A DNA stretch of 62,810 bases from Arcobacteraceae bacterium (GTDB taxonomy: Bacteria; Campylobacterota; Campylobacteria; Campylobacterales; Arcobacteraceae), in contig JBLWVX010000014.1 in assembly GCA_048268245.1 (NCBI GenBank), forward strand, positions 1-62,810, in the 5' to 3' direction. The number at the start of each line of letters is the position of its first letter. Position 1 is the stretch's first letter. A program made the translations under genes and the position numbers. This document shows, one piece after another, positions 37,238-47,833 of the stretch. The notes beneath the pieces are model-generated. The model was not told where the DNA came from and ran no database searches. It saw only the letters and a list, made by a program, of their open reading frames with translations.

Positions 37238-38377
37238 CTATGAATATTGGAACTTATCTTTAAATTCTTCGATTAACTCTGCTTCTCTTTTAAAAATATA
37301 CTTTTGCAATATAGCTTGAGTCTTACTATCCTCTTCTTTTATCAAAACTCTCATATCAATACTATTATTGTCCTGATGTTCAATTTTAAATAAAGTAACA
37401 TTTAAATTTAAATACTCAATAGGTTTTAGGTTTTCATCAATTGATAAAACAAGTATTAATTTTAATACATCATGTTTGTCATATATAAATTTATCTTCTT
37501 CAATATTTAAAAATAGTTCTTTTTTTGAAATACCTAAAACTTTAAGCTCTACTCTTGTTTTTGCATCTTTTAAAATATAAGCTTTCATAGACTCATGGGG
37601 TTGTACAATAATTTCATCTCTTTGTTTAGAATCAGGATAAAAAACTTCTTCTTTTTTTAATATTACTTCATAGTCATCATCTTTTATCTCGACTAATGAA
37701 CACTTTATATCTTCACTAACTAGTGAGGAATCAAGAATAGCAAAGCCTTCTTCTTTTATTGCTAGAAGTTGTATATTTGTAGTTCTTAACGTAATATTAT
37801 TATCTTGAATTTCAACTATCTTTCCACTATTTATAATAGGAACACCTTTATAATGGTTTACAATATCAAGCTTTGTTCCATTTTCATAAAGGAAATTTAA
37901 AATTTCAGTACTATTTTTACTTAACTCTCCAACTCCTCCTGCTAATTCCAAAAACTGATACTCTTTTCTTTTTAAATTTGATAAAACTTTTAGAAATACA
38001 GCTATCATTTTTGGAGCACTTACAGGTTTGGCTATAAAATCACTAACTCCTATATGAAAAGACTTCATTAGAGTTTCACTATCAGAATGAGCAGATAAAA
38101 TTATAATCTCAGCATCAGGGTTTATCTTTTTTATCTCTCTTATCATTTCATGACCTGTCATCTTTGGCATAGTAAGATCTGTCAAAATTAAATCAGGCTT
38201 TTTATTTTCATACATAATTAAACCTTCTTGCCCATCAGAAGCCACATAAACTTCTTTAAATAGTTTACTTAAAAACTTCATAATTTGCTTTTGTAAAGCC
38301 TTGCTATCTTCAACAAAAAGTATTGTATGGTTTTGTGCAATCTCTTTTAATTTAACTATATGTTCCATATTTTCCAT
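37238..38377 (-). CDS. Response regulator with long C-terminal (possibly PilZ-like) domain
   Basis: ILFVED, LILTDLTMPKMTG, ILSA, FIAKP receiver motifs; C-terminal NHYKGVPI region. Confidence 0.85.
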   Translation of the reverse strand: MENMEHIVKLKEIAQNHTILFVEDSKALQKQIMKFLSKLFKEVYVASDGQEGLIMYENKKPDLILTDLTMPKMTGHEMIREIKKINPDAEIIILSAHSDSETLMKSFHIGVSDFIAKPVSAPKMIAVFLKVLSNLKRKEYQFLELAGGVGELSKNSTEILNFLYENGTKLDIVNHYKGVPIINSGKIVEIQDNNITLRTTNIQLLAIKEEGFAILDSSLVSEDIKCSLVEIKDDDYEVILKKEEVFYPDSKQRDEIIVQPHESMKAYILKDAKTRVELKVLGISKKELFLNIEEDKFIYDKHDVLKLILVLSIDENLKPIEYLNLNVTLFKIEHQDNNSIDMRVLIKEEDSKTQAILQKYIFKREAELIEEFKDKFQYS

Positions 38378-38387
38378 GTTTCAACCC

Positions 38388-39182
38388 TTATGCTTTATAT
38401 TGTTTTTCTAAAATATCAATTACATCTTTTAATTTCATTGTATCTAAGCCAAAATTTTCACTAAGTTCTAATGCTTTTAAAATATTGTCTTTTCCAAATG
38501 GTTTTGAAAAATCACCTAAGGCACTCAAAACTCTTAGAACCCTACTCTCATAAGTTGTATTTACATCATCTAAAGACTCAATTATACTTATAAAAGAGTC
38601 ATTCAATTCCCACTTTCTTAGTATCTTAGCACTTAATTCATTTGATTTTATACCCACAAAATTCTCTTCAACTTGATAAGCATTACCCTGATTTATTAAA
38701 ACACTAAACTTTGTACTTTTACCTTCTTTTACCAAATAATCAGATATAAAAAACTTACCAATATCTTTTAAGAAAAGTGGTAAAATCAAATTCTCTTTTA
38801 AAGAAGCTTTATCTTCATTTATCCAAGAGAAAAGTGTTTTAAATAAAAAATCATTCAATTTTGTAAATTCGCATATTTGGACACCATAAGGTTTTAGATT
38901 AAATCTAAGAGAGTTTAATATTAACTCAACTACACAAACACAAACTGTAAAATTTAAACCAAATAAGCTTGAAGCCTGAGTGGCACTGTAAATTCTATTT
39001 GTAAAACCAAAATGTTGCGAGTTTGCCAATTTAAGTATCCTTGTAGATAAAATTGGATCATACTCAATAATTTGTGATAATTTTTTTGTATCATAATTTC
39101 CACTACTTTTTATAGCTAAAAGTGTGTTCACTTTATCAGGTAATATAGGTAGTTTTTCAAGTTTTTTGGGAATATCTAGCAT
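38388..39182 (-). CDS. HDOD domain protein
   Basis: LPILP, IIEYDPILSTRILKLANS..FG, LKDIGK (HD altered), ILRKWEL; start placed at MLDIP (track 39269 runs into the sfsA promoter region). Confidence 0.85.
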   Translation of the reverse strand: MLDIPKKLEKLPILPDKVNTLLAIKSSGNYDTKKLSQIIEYDPILSTRILKLANSQHFGFTNRIYSATQASSLFGLNFTVCVCVVELILNSLRFNLKPYGVQICEFTKLNDFLFKTLFSWINEDKASLKENLILPLFLKDIGKFFISDYLVKEGKSTKFSVLINQGNAYQVEENFVGIKSNELSAKILRKWELNDSFISIIESLDDVNTTYESRVLRVLSALGDFSKPFGKDNILKALELSENFGLDTMKLKDVIDILEKQYKA

Positions 39183-39288
39183 GATGTTATACTTTATTAT
39201 TTTTACTAATAATAACATAATATTTTTTACTTTAACGAAAAAAAAGATAAGTTTAGTATTATTGTACAATTTATTGTAAAGGTATGTA

Positions 39289-39981
39289 ATGAAATTTGAA
39301 AAACTATATAAAGGTAAACTTGTAAAAAGATATAAAAGATTTTTAGCTGATATTATTTTAGAAAATAAAGAAGAGATAACAGCACATGTACCAAATAGTG
39401 GTGCTATGACTTCTTGTATTGAGGAAAATTGTCCTGTTTGGGTTACTCACCATGATAATCCAAAAAGAAAGTTAAAATATACACTAGAACTTACAAAAAT
39501 GGGTAATAACCTAATTTGTACAAATACAGGAGTTGCAAATAAAATAGCAATTGAGGCAATTGAAAACAAAACTATAAAAGAACTGCAAGGTTATGATACG
39601 TTAAAGCCAGAACAAAAATATGGACAAAATAGCAGAATTGATATTTTACTTTCAAATGAAAATGATGAAAAAAAATGTTATGTAGAAATAAAAAGTGTAA
39701 GTCTAAGACTTGATAATACATTAGCATTTCCTGATGCTGTTACAACAAGAGGAACAAAACATCTAAATGAGTTAATGGCTATGGTAGAAGAAGGTCATAG
39801 AGCTGTTATGCTTTATATCATTCAAAGAACGGATGATTTAGGATTTGAAATTGCAAAACAAATTGATCCTAAGTATTTTGAAGCTTTCCAAATTGCTAGG
39901 CAAAAAGGTGTTGAAGTTTTAGTTTATCAATCAGATATAAATTTAGATGAGATAAATGTTGCAAAAAAAGTAGAGTTTTAA
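39289..39981 (+). CDS. sfsA: DNA/RNA nuclease SfsA
   Basis: KRYKRFLAD, AHVPNSGAM, SRIDILL, YVEIKSV, FPDAVTTRGTKHL. Confidence 0.95.
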   Translation: MKFEKLYKGKLVKRYKRFLADIILENKEEITAHVPNSGAMTSCIEENCPVWVTHHDNPKRKLKYTLELTKMGNNLICTNTGVANKIAIEAIENKTIKELQGYDTLKPEQKYGQNSRIDILLSNENDEKKCYVEIKSVSLRLDNTLAFPDAVTTRGTKHLNELMAMVEEGHRAVMLYIIQRTDDLGFEIAKQIDPKYFEAFQIARQKGVEVLVYQSDINLDEINVAKKVEF

Positions 39982-40101
39982 ACCCTATAAAAATATAATA
40001 TAAGTAATTCCTAATTTTAATATAACTATGACTAATTCTTATTAAATTTAATATAAGTTATATAAGTTATAATTATATCATAAAATAAAAAAGGAATTAA
40101 A

Positions 40102-40296
40102 ATGAATAAGTTTGATAAATTTAGAGCATTTTGTAGACCGTTTAGAGTTGTTATTGGATTAGTTCTTATTGCAATAGGTTTTTTTACAGGGATTGCTTGG
40201 TTTTATTTAGGAGTTATTCCACTTATTGCAGGACTATCTGATTTCTGTCCTTTATGTATGATAACAAAAAAGTGTACACCAAAAAATTTAAATTAG
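40102..40296 (+). CDS. DUF2892/YgaP-like small membrane protein
   Basis: RVVIG...GVIPLIAG..FCPL. Confidence 0.8.
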   Translation: MNKFDKFRAFCRPFRVVIGLVLIAIGFFTGIAWFYLGVIPLIAGLSDFCPLCMITKKCTPKNLN

Positions 40297-40304
40297 ATAT
40301 AAAA

Positions 40305-40328
40305 AAAGCTTAGCATATGCTAAGCTTT
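40305..40328. terminator. Bidirectional terminator-like palindrome
   Basis: AAAGCTTAGCATATGCTAAGCTTT, perfect 24-bp palindrome between convergent genes. Confidence 0.65.
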
Positions 40329-40614
40329 AATTTAATTCTACCCCACAGTTTTGACAATTTTTCCTAAACCATCCACGTCCTGGATACTTACCACATTTTG
40401 GACATTTCCACATCAAAAACATAAATCCAAGATATATAACAAATCCTGCAATTGAAGCATTTAGCCATGTATCTTTTGGCAATCCAAACATTTCTGTTTT
40501 TTCTTTCACTGTAAGTACTAAACTTGGAGTGAATAGTATAAAAAATAGTGCAGCTGTTATCTTAGCATTTCTAATAACCTTTGCAAACTCTTTTTTTACA
40601 TCTTGATCTTTCAT
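40327..40614 (-). CDS. Hypothetical 2-TM protein with C-terminal zinc ribbon
   Basis: WKCPKCG...CQNCG; AAGGGA RBS. Confidence 0.72.
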   Translation of the reverse strand: MKDQDVKKEFAKVIRNAKITAALFFILFTPSLVLTVKEKTEMFGLPKDTWLNASIAGFVIYLGFMFLMWKCPKCGKYPGRGWFRKNCQNCGVELN

Positions 40615-40724
40615 TCACTTCCCTTAAAAAAATTTGAATATTGTATCTTTTTATATTTTTTTTGTCAAAATAAACATAGAAAATGATAGAATTATGAAAA
40701 TTCAAAATAATAAGGTAAATATAA

Positions 40725-41786
40725 ATGTTGATGTTGACATATTTCCTAATAGCAGTAGGAATATCATTTTTATGTTCAATACTTGAAGCAGTATTACTAT
40801 CAATAACACAAGCTCATATCGAAATAGTAAAAAATAAAAACTCTACACTTGGTAACTTAATGCAACACCAAAAAGATAATATTGATTTATCAATTGGTGC
40901 TATTTTAACTTTAAATACATTCGCACATACACTAGGTGCAGCAGGAGTAGGAGCAGAAGCTGTGAAAATGCTTGGGGAAGAGTATATGTTTTATATATCA
41001 GCTATTCTAACTCTACTAATTTTAGTATTTTCAGAAATTATCCCTAAAACGCTAGGTGCTTACTATTGGAGTTCACTAAGTGGGATTTGTAGTAGAATAA
41101 TAAAAGTATTAGTTCTTATAACTTACCCTCTTTTAATAATCATGAATAAAATGACAAATCTTCTAACACCAAAAGAAAAAAGGGATAAAATCACAAAAGA
41201 AGAGATAAATGCAGCTGCAAATATCGCCCAAGAAAATGGAATCATAAAAGATAAAGATAGTGATATTATTGAAAACCTTTTAAATTTAGAAGATATTAAA
41301 GTAAAAGATATTCATACACCAAGAAGTGTAATGGTTGCTTTTGATGAAGATGAAGTAATTGAGAGTTTTGAAGATGATGAGAAAAGCTTAGACTTCTCAA
41401 AATTAAAAGAGTACTCAAGAATTCCTGTATACTCATCAAATGTAGATAATATCGTAGGTATGTTTTTCTCAAAAGAGTACTTCCATGAGTATGTTGAAAA
41501 CAATATGAAAGATAAAAGTAAAATTATCAAGCCTATTTTCAAAGTAAATGAAAATATCCCTATCTCAAAACTTTTAGATTTATTTTTATCAAGAAAAGAA
41601 CAACTATTTTTAGTAGTTGATAACTATGGACAAACAGAAGGAGTTGTAACTTTAGAAGATGCAATTGAAACTCTTTTAGGTATTGAGATAGTTGATGAGC
41701 ATGACAAAAATATAGATATGAGACAAGTTGCAAAAAATAGAATGAAACTTGTAAGAAACAATATCCTTAAAAAGAAAACTAAATAA
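40725..41786 (+). CDS. CNNM (DUF21)-CBS domain protein, second paralogue
   Basis: SFLCSILEA, ILTLNTFAHTLGA, FSEIIPKT, HTPR, YSRIPVY, GVVTLED. Confidence 0.9.
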   Translation: MLMLTYFLIAVGISFLCSILEAVLLSITQAHIEIVKNKNSTLGNLMQHQKDNIDLSIGAILTLNTFAHTLGAAGVGAEAVKMLGEEYMFYISAILTLLILVFSEIIPKTLGAYYWSSLSGICSRIIKVLVLITYPLLIIMNKMTNLLTPKEKRDKITKEEINAAANIAQENGIIKDKDSDIIENLLNLEDIKVKDIHTPRSVMVAFDEDEVIESFEDDEKSLDFSKLKEYSRIPVYSSNVDNIVGMFFSKEYFHEYVENNMKDKSKIIKPIFKVNENIPISKLLDLFLSRKEQLFLVVDNYGQTEGVVTLEDAIETLLGIEIVDEHDKNIDMRQVAKNRMKLVRNNILKKKTK

Positions 41787-43539
41787 GATTTTTTGGTAAA
41801 GAGATTTTAAAAACAGCTCCCTCTTTACCATTTTCTACACTAAGTTCACCCTCAAAATGTTTTTCAATTATAGTTTTACACATATAAAGTCCTAATCCTG
41901 TACCTTTAAACTTATGTTTAGTTGTGAAATAAGGATCAAAAACTTTCATTAAATTTTGCTCACTTATCCCACCTGCATTATCTTCAATAATGATTTGTAC
42001 ATATTTTTTACTTTGTAAAAGACTTAGCTTTATAAATCTATTGTTTTTTATATCATTTTGAACAAAAGCATCTTTTGCATTATTTAATATATTTATTAAA
42101 ACTTGAGATAACTCCTGACCAACAATTTCTAGTATTACTTCATTTTCATAATCTATGTCTTTTATAAGTGTGATATGGTTGTTTTTTAAAGAGGCACTAA
42201 CTATTTTAATACTTTCATCAATTCTTTTTTGAAGAAGTTCTTGATTTTTAACTTTCTTTTCTTTTATAAAATCTTGAAATGTATCAATTGTTTCTGATAA
42301 ATATTTACAATTAGATACAATAACATCCATACTTTTGGGAATATCTTCTTTTTTAATTAATTCTAATTCATGATTTAACTTTACACCACTTGCAACTGTT
42401 GATATAGTACTTAAAGGCTGTCTCCATTGATGAGCAATATTTGCTATCATTTCTCCCATTTGTGCCATCTTAGACTGTTCTAATAGCTGTTTATCTTTCT
42501 GTATTATTTTATTGAAATTTTCTCTTTGTATAAGTCGCTTTAGATTTTGTTGATACACTACAAAAACAATTAATGCAATTAAAATAAACAACATAAGTTT
42601 TATCATTTTATAGTACTCATTTAAAGCTCTTAACTCATGCCCTTGACTAATAATTGCTACAAATGCTAACTGCTCATAACTTATACTATTTAGTATTGGT
42701 ATAGTTGTGATAATTACATCATCACTATCTAAAAACATTGAGTTAATAGTTTTTCTTTCAGCCTGAGCATAAATAGTTTTGGATGTGTTTTTTGAAGGCT
42801 TGATTTCTGTTACACTTTTATTAGCTACTTTTTGAAGTTCTTTTAAAATATTATTATTATGTAAAAAGCCTTTTTGGTGAGCTTTTTGATATATATTAGT
42901 TTTTTTCAAAAACTCTTTGTCAAAATATTTTTCTTTTATGACTATATTACTTAGGACCTTATAGTCTCTCATTAAAAAAGAAGTTAAAAACTGTTCTGTA
43001 AAAGAAATTTCCATTAAGCCTATATATTCATCATTTTTAAATATAGGGTAAACTGAGCTAAATCCTGTACTATTGTTTTCAATATCATAGGTATGAAGTG
43101 GAGTTTTTTTCTTATAAACATAACTATAAAGTTTAGAGTCCTTATTTATTTTACTTGTACCAATGAAAAAATCATGTTTAAAAGAAACTAACTTTATACT
43201 TTTTACAAAAATTTTATCTAAACTATTTACTCGTTTTTTTAACTTACTTAAAACTGTATTATTAATATAGTTTTTTTGTTCTTGAGTTTTGTTTTTATAA
43301 TTTAAAATAATGTCTTGAAATTCTGTTATTTCTAATATCCCTAAATAAATAACTTGTGATAGTTGTTTTTGTTGTGAAATAATATTCTTATATGCATTAG
43401 TATATACTTTTTGTACATCTTTTAAGTATTTTTTATTGTTTTCATTTTTATTAAGCCCTACTATTAGGTAGCTTAAAATAAATGTAATTATAAAAATGAT
43501 AAAGAATTTTATTTTTAAAGATAATTTATTCCGTTCGAT
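41779..43539 (-). CDS. Membrane sensor histidine kinase; probable non-canonical ATC start
   Basis: IAHQWRQP, FDPYFTTK, GTGLGL; frame stays open 175 codons upstream of track ATG 43014 and supplies the first TM helix; AAAGGA-N5-ATC at 43539. Confidence 0.8.
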   Translation of the reverse strand: MERNKLSLKIKFFIIFIITFILSYLIVGLNKNENNKKYLKDVQKVYTNAYKNIISQQKQLSQVIYLGILEITEFQDIILNYKNKTQEQKNYINNTVLSKLKKRVNSLDKIFVKSIKLVSFKHDFFIGTSKINKDSKLYSYVYKKKTPLHTYDIENNSTGFSSVYPIFKNDEYIGLMEISFTEQFLTSFLMRDYKVLSNIVIKEKYFDKEFLKKTNIYQKAHQKGFLHNNNILKELQKVANKSVTEIKPSKNTSKTIYAQAERKTINSMFLDSDDVIITTIPILNSISYEQLAFVAIISQGHELRALNEYYKMIKLMLFILIALIVFVVYQQNLKRLIQRENFNKIIQKDKQLLEQSKMAQMGEMIANIAHQWRQPLSTISTVASGVKLNHELELIKKEDIPKSMDVIVSNCKYLSETIDTFQDFIKEKKVKNQELLQKRIDESIKIVSASLKNNHITLIKDIDYENEVILEIVGQELSQVLINILNNAKDAFVQNDIKNNRFIKLSLLQSKKYVQIIIEDNAGGISEQNLMKVFDPYFTTKHKFKGTGLGLYMCKTIIEKHFEGELSVENGKEGAVFKISLPKNLI

Positions 43540-43612
43540 AATAATCCTTTAGAAAATTACTTTGAAATATTATAACATTATTTTGTGATTTTTGAAATGT
43601 AAGTGAAAGAAT

Positions 43613-43689
<77 letters not shown>

Positions 43690-43803
43690 TCTTGTCTTTG
43701 TATGATGGGATTGTAGCTGTTTAAACTTAAAGGAATATCAATAAAGACTCTTTTATCAAGTAATTTGTGATATTATTGCAAATTCGCAAAAAAAGGATTG
43801 AAA

Positions 43804-44091
43804 TTGTCAAAAGCCAGTGCAAGACACATACTAGTAAATAGTGAAAAACTAGCAAAAAAGCTAAAAAAAGAGATAATTGCAAAAGACATTACATTTGAAA
43901 AAGCTGCAAAAAAGTTTTCAAAATGTCCATCAGGGAAAAGAGGTGGAAATTTAGGAACATTTTCAAAAGGGGAAATGGTAAGAGAGTTTGATAATGTAAT
44001 CTTTACTAAAGATGCACAAATAAACAGAATCCAAGGTCCTGTAAAAACACAATTTGGATTTCATCTAATAGAGATTTTAGCTAAATATTAA
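43804..44091 (+). CDS. ppiC: Parvulin-type peptidyl-prolyl isomerase
   Basis: ASARHILV, FSKCPSG..GGNLG, MVREFD, GPVKTQFGFHLI; TTG 43804 follows AAGGA. Confidence 0.9.
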   Translation: MSKASARHILVNSEKLAKKLKKEIIAKDITFEKAAKKFSKCPSGKRGGNLGTFSKGEMVREFDNVIFTKDAQINRIQGPVKTQFGFHLIEILAKY

Positions 44092-44128
44092 AAAGAAGGT
44101 AAAATAAAATTCCTTCTTTTTATATTTG

Positions 44129-44566
44129 TTAAGAGTTATGTCCACTTCCAGCTGCTACTAATACAGCTAAAATTGGTATTAAAATTAAAAATAGTAATTG
44201 AACCCTTTGAAACATGATTATCTTCTTTGGTATAACAACTATTTCATCTGTTGTATTCTTATTTTTAAGATAAAACATTGTTGGAACTATTGAGAAAAGC
44301 CCCATAAGTACAAACATTGTAAACTTCACATGAAAAAGTGCGTTTGAACTATAAAAACTAGCTTCTTTACCAACACCTAGCCATAATAATAGACCAGTTA
44401 TTAATACAACTAAAGCACTTAAACCATAAAAAATGTCAATACTACATGCATTTTTAAAGTTTGCATTTGTAACATTTCCTCTTAAAAGTAAATGCTGAAC
44501 CGTTAAAGTACCACTTAAAAATATAATTCCGATAAAATGAAAATATCTAACAATTAAATCTTCCAA
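44129..44566 (-). CDS. DUF2214 family membrane protein
   Basis: YFHF, DIFYG, TGLLLW..GK..FY..N.LFHVK, SIVPT. Confidence 0.8.
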   Translation of the reverse strand: MEDLIVRYFHFIGIIFLSGTLTVQHLLLRGNVTNANFKNACSIDIFYGLSALVVLITGLLLWLGVGKEASFYSSNALFHVKFTMFVLMGLFSIVPTMFYLKNKNTTDEIVVIPKKIIMFQRVQLLFLILIPILAVLVAAGSGHNS

Positions 44567-44578
44567 TAAAAATTCCTT

Positions 44579-45673
44579 CTAATATTTTGGTTTTAAAAGA
44601 AGTATTTTACCACTATCTGTAGAAAAATAGATTAAACCATTTGGCGATTGAACTATATTTCTTATTCTTTCATTTAAATTTTCAAGAATTCTTGTCTCTT
44701 TTACGATATTGTTTTTATCATCAACTGTTAAAATATTTATATGAGTTAGCTTTAAAGCTCCTGCTAAAAGCTTACCTTTTAACTCTTTATATACATCACC
44801 CTTATAGATAATAAGTGAACTTGGAGCAATTGAAGGGACATAATACGTTATAGGTTGAAGCATGCATTTTTTATGAGTACCCTCACCCACATCAAGTGGT
44901 ACCCAATACTCTTTTCCATAAGATATTACAGGCCAACCATAATTAGCTCCTTTTTGTATAAGATTTACCTCATCACCACCTCTTGGCCCATGTTCTATTG
45001 AGAATAAAAGATTTTTCTTTTTATCAAAAAACATACCTTGAGGATTTCTATGACCATATGAATATATCTCATCCAAAGCATTTTTATCATTTACAAAAGG
45101 ATTGTCTTTAGGAACTGTTCCATCTAAATTAAGTCTTATTATTGTTCCAGCATGATTTGAAAGATTTTGAGCTTCATCTCTTACTCCTCTATCTCCTACA
45201 CTAAAAAATAAATGTCCCTCTTTATCAAAGGTTATTCTACTTCCAAAATGTCTTGATGTTGAAGTATTTGATTTTGTAATAAGTAAATCCTGATGATTTA
45301 CAAAACTATTGTTATTTAGTTTTGCTCTTGCAAGAGTAGTTGAGCCTTGGTTATTGATATTTTTTGAATATGTAAAATATATCCAAGAATCTTTTTTATA
45401 GTTTGGTGATACTTTTATATCAAGTAAACCACCCTGCCCTTTATAAAAAACTTTAGGAATATTTTTTATTTTTTGTAAAGCTTTTGCTTTTAAATCTAAA
45501 ACAAAAACCTTTCCATCTTTTTGAGTTAAAATAAGTCTATTTTTATCTAAAAAATCCATACCCCAAATAACACCAAGATTTGAGACAATTTCTTGAGTTT
45601 TATAAGTTGTACTTGCAAATACACCTAAATTTAAAAGTATTAAAAAAACTAAAGATTTTGATAAAACCTTCAT
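44579..45673 (-). CDS. PQQ-dependent sugar dehydrogenase (YliI-like)
   Basis: GQGGLLDI, HFGSRI, YSYGHRNPQG, EHGPRGGDE, NYGWP; signal peptide. Confidence 0.92.
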   Translation of the reverse strand: MKVLSKSLVFLILLNLGVFASTTYKTQEIVSNLGVIWGMDFLDKNRLILTQKDGKVFVLDLKAKALQKIKNIPKVFYKGQGGLLDIKVSPNYKKDSWIYFTYSKNINNQGSTTLARAKLNNNSFVNHQDLLITKSNTSTSRHFGSRITFDKEGHLFFSVGDRGVRDEAQNLSNHAGTIIRLNLDGTVPKDNPFVNDKNALDEIYSYGHRNPQGMFFDKKKNLLFSIEHGPRGGDEVNLIQKGANYGWPVISYGKEYWVPLDVGEGTHKKCMLQPITYYVPSIAPSSLIIYKGDVYKELKGKLLAGALKLTHINILTVDDKNNIVKETRILENLNERIRNIVQSPNGLIYFSTDSGKILLLKPKY

Positions 45674-45684
45674 AGTAACTCCTT

Positions 45685-46920
45685 TTATTTACTATTTGTT
45701 TTTCCTTGTTGTTCTCTTAATTTATCTTTTTTACTCTTTCTTTTACCTTTTACAGGAGCTTTGCCTTTAGGCTTTGTAAACTCTCCAATTAACTCAAACC
45801 CTTCAATAGTTTCAAGTTCTAGATTTATTTTTGAACGCTTTTGTATTAGTTTAAAATGCTCGTAATTATTTAATGTAATAAAAGATATAGCAATACCAGT
45901 TTTTCCAGCTCTAGCAGTTCTTCCAATTCTATGAACATAATCAGCAGGAGACCTTGGTAAATCATAGTTTACAACACAGTCAATATCATCTATATGTAAA
46001 CCTCTTGAAGCAATATCAGAAGAAAAAAGAATATTTATTTTTTTAGCTTTAAAATCTTCTAAAGTATAGTTTCTCTCCTCTTGATCTAAATGCCCATGAA
46101 AAGACTCTGCATTAAAACCATATTTTCTAAACTTATTTGCTATATTATCAGCTGCTCTATTATTTGCCATAAATACTAAAACTTTTTTATACTTATTTGT
46201 CTTTATCAACTCTCTTAAAAGAGCTGATCTATTTTCTTGATTTACTTTTATAGCTCTTTGATTTATCAAGTCAACTGTTTCATTTTCTTCTAAAATAACT
46301 TCTTTATATTTTGAGCTAATCTTTGAAGCTATTTGTAATATTTTTGGTGAATATGTAGCTGAAAAAAGTAGATTCTGTCTACTATTTGGTAGTTCCTTTA
46401 AAAGTTGTTCTAACTCTTCACTAAAACCTAAATCAAGCATTTTATCAGCTTCATCTATTACAAACTTTTCTACTTTTTCAAAAGTTATTTGATTTTTTCT
46501 ATAAATATCAAGTAGTCTTCCTGGAGTTGCCACTACTATATCACAGCCTTTTTGTACATCCAAAAGCTGTTGAGAGATACCCTCTCCACCTATAATAGTT
46601 ACAATTTTAGGTGTTTTTTTGAAGTATTTACTTAAAATTTCAAAGTTATTTGAAACCTGTAAAGCTAACTCTCTTGTAGGAGCTAAAACTAGTACTTTTA
46701 ATTTTGCTTTTCCTTTATAGGGATTATTTAGCCAATCATTTAAAATAGGAAGTGTAAAACTAGCTGTTTTTCCTGTACCTGTTTGTGCTTTTGCTAATAT
46801 ATCATGACCTTCTAAAACTAAAGGTATTACCTCTTTTTGTATTTGTGTAGGGTTTACGTAGTTATTTTCTTCTAAAGTTTGATTAAATAAAGAAGATAAA
46901 TTAAATTGAGAAAATGCCAT
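45685..46920 (-). CDS. DEAD-box RNA helicase
   Basis: AQTGTGKT, PTRELA, TPGRL, DEAD, SAT, HRIGRTAR. Confidence 0.96.
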   Translation of the reverse strand: MAFSQFNLSSLFNQTLEENNYVNPTQIQKEVIPLVLEGHDILAKAQTGTGKTASFTLPILNDWLNNPYKGKAKLKVLVLAPTRELALQVSNNFEILSKYFKKTPKIVTIIGGEGISQQLLDVQKGCDIVVATPGRLLDIYRKNQITFEKVEKFVIDEADKMLDLGFSEELEQLLKELPNSRQNLLFSATYSPKILQIASKISSKYKEVILEENETVDLINQRAIKVNQENRSALLRELIKTNKYKKVLVFMANNRAADNIANKFRKYGFNAESFHGHLDQEERNYTLEDFKAKKINILFSSDIASRGLHIDDIDCVVNYDLPRSPADYVHRIGRTARAGKTGIAISFITLNNYEHFKLIQKRSKINLELETIEGFELIGEFTKPKGKAPVKGKRKSKKDKLREQQGKTNSK

Positions 46921-46985
46921 ATATGATTGTCCTTTTAAATCTATATGGCATTTTAGAGTTTTTTTCCTTTAATATACTCTTATAT

Positions 46986-47678
46986 CTACTTTTTCATCCA
47001 TTTATCAATTAAAGTACTTAAATCTTCTGGCACTTCCAAAGGAATGTTATGACTAGTACCCTCTCTACATATTACTTTCATTTTATGCTCTATAGTATCA
47101 AGTCTATGAATTGAGTTTTGATTTAGTAATCTATCATCTTTACTATAGAAGAACCAAATAGGTATATCTAAGTGCGTTAAATCTTCAAACAAATCTTTTC
47201 TGTAAAAAGTTGATGTAAGTTGTGTCACAAAAGTCTCTTTACCTAAATCCAAAAACATATCTTGAATTATTTTTATAAGTTCTTCATCATCTTGTTTTTC
47301 CACTAAAGACTTTGCTTTTTCATATGTAAGTCCTTGAAAACCTTCTTTTTCTATTACAACAAACTTTTCTTTTCTTCTCTCAATTTCTGCTTCTGTTGAA
47401 GCCCCTGGAGTTGCTGCTACTGTAAAAAGTCTGTTTACTCTATTTGGATAAGTAATAGCAAAATATGAAGCAATATAACCACCTAAAGAAAAACCTATAA
47501 GATTTACTTTTTCTTCTGTAAACTGCTCAAATAATATATCAATAATCTCATCAAAATCTTCACTATGAGGAATAGGAGTATGTACTATTTCATATTTATC
47601 TTCTAATAATGGCGTTATTCTACTCCAAAGTCTTTCATCAGTCATAAGACCTGGTATCATATAAATTTTTTCTTTCAT
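46986..47678 (-). CDS. Alpha/beta fold hydrolase
   Basis: IPGLM, GFSLGG nucleophile elbow, D..L, SHNIPLE. Confidence 0.85.
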   Translation of the reverse strand: MKEKIYMIPGLMTDERLWSRITPLLEDKYEIVHTPIPHSEDFDEIIDILFEQFTEEKVNLIGFSLGGYIASYFAITYPNRVNRLFTVAATPGASTEAEIERRKEKFVVIEKEGFQGLTYEKAKSLVEKQDDEELIKIIQDMFLDLGKETFVTQLTSTFYRKDLFEDLTHLDIPIWFFYSKDDRLLNQNSIHRLDTIEHKMKVICREGTSHNIPLEVPEDLSTLIDKWMKK

Positions 47679-47833
47679 AACAATCCTATACTTTATAATA
47701 TTTATAATGTTGTATCAAAAATATTATTAAAATAGTTTTAACATCAAAAAATTAAAAAATAAAATTTCATATAAATAATCTATTTATTACATAAAAATTG
47801 CTATATTGTAATTATCAAAACATTAGGAAAACT

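Noticed and set aside
7777..43539. Similar DNA segments among the three kinase genes (IAHQWRQP and FTTK regions)
   Set aside because: Ordinary paralogy within an expanded kinase family, not a repeat element.
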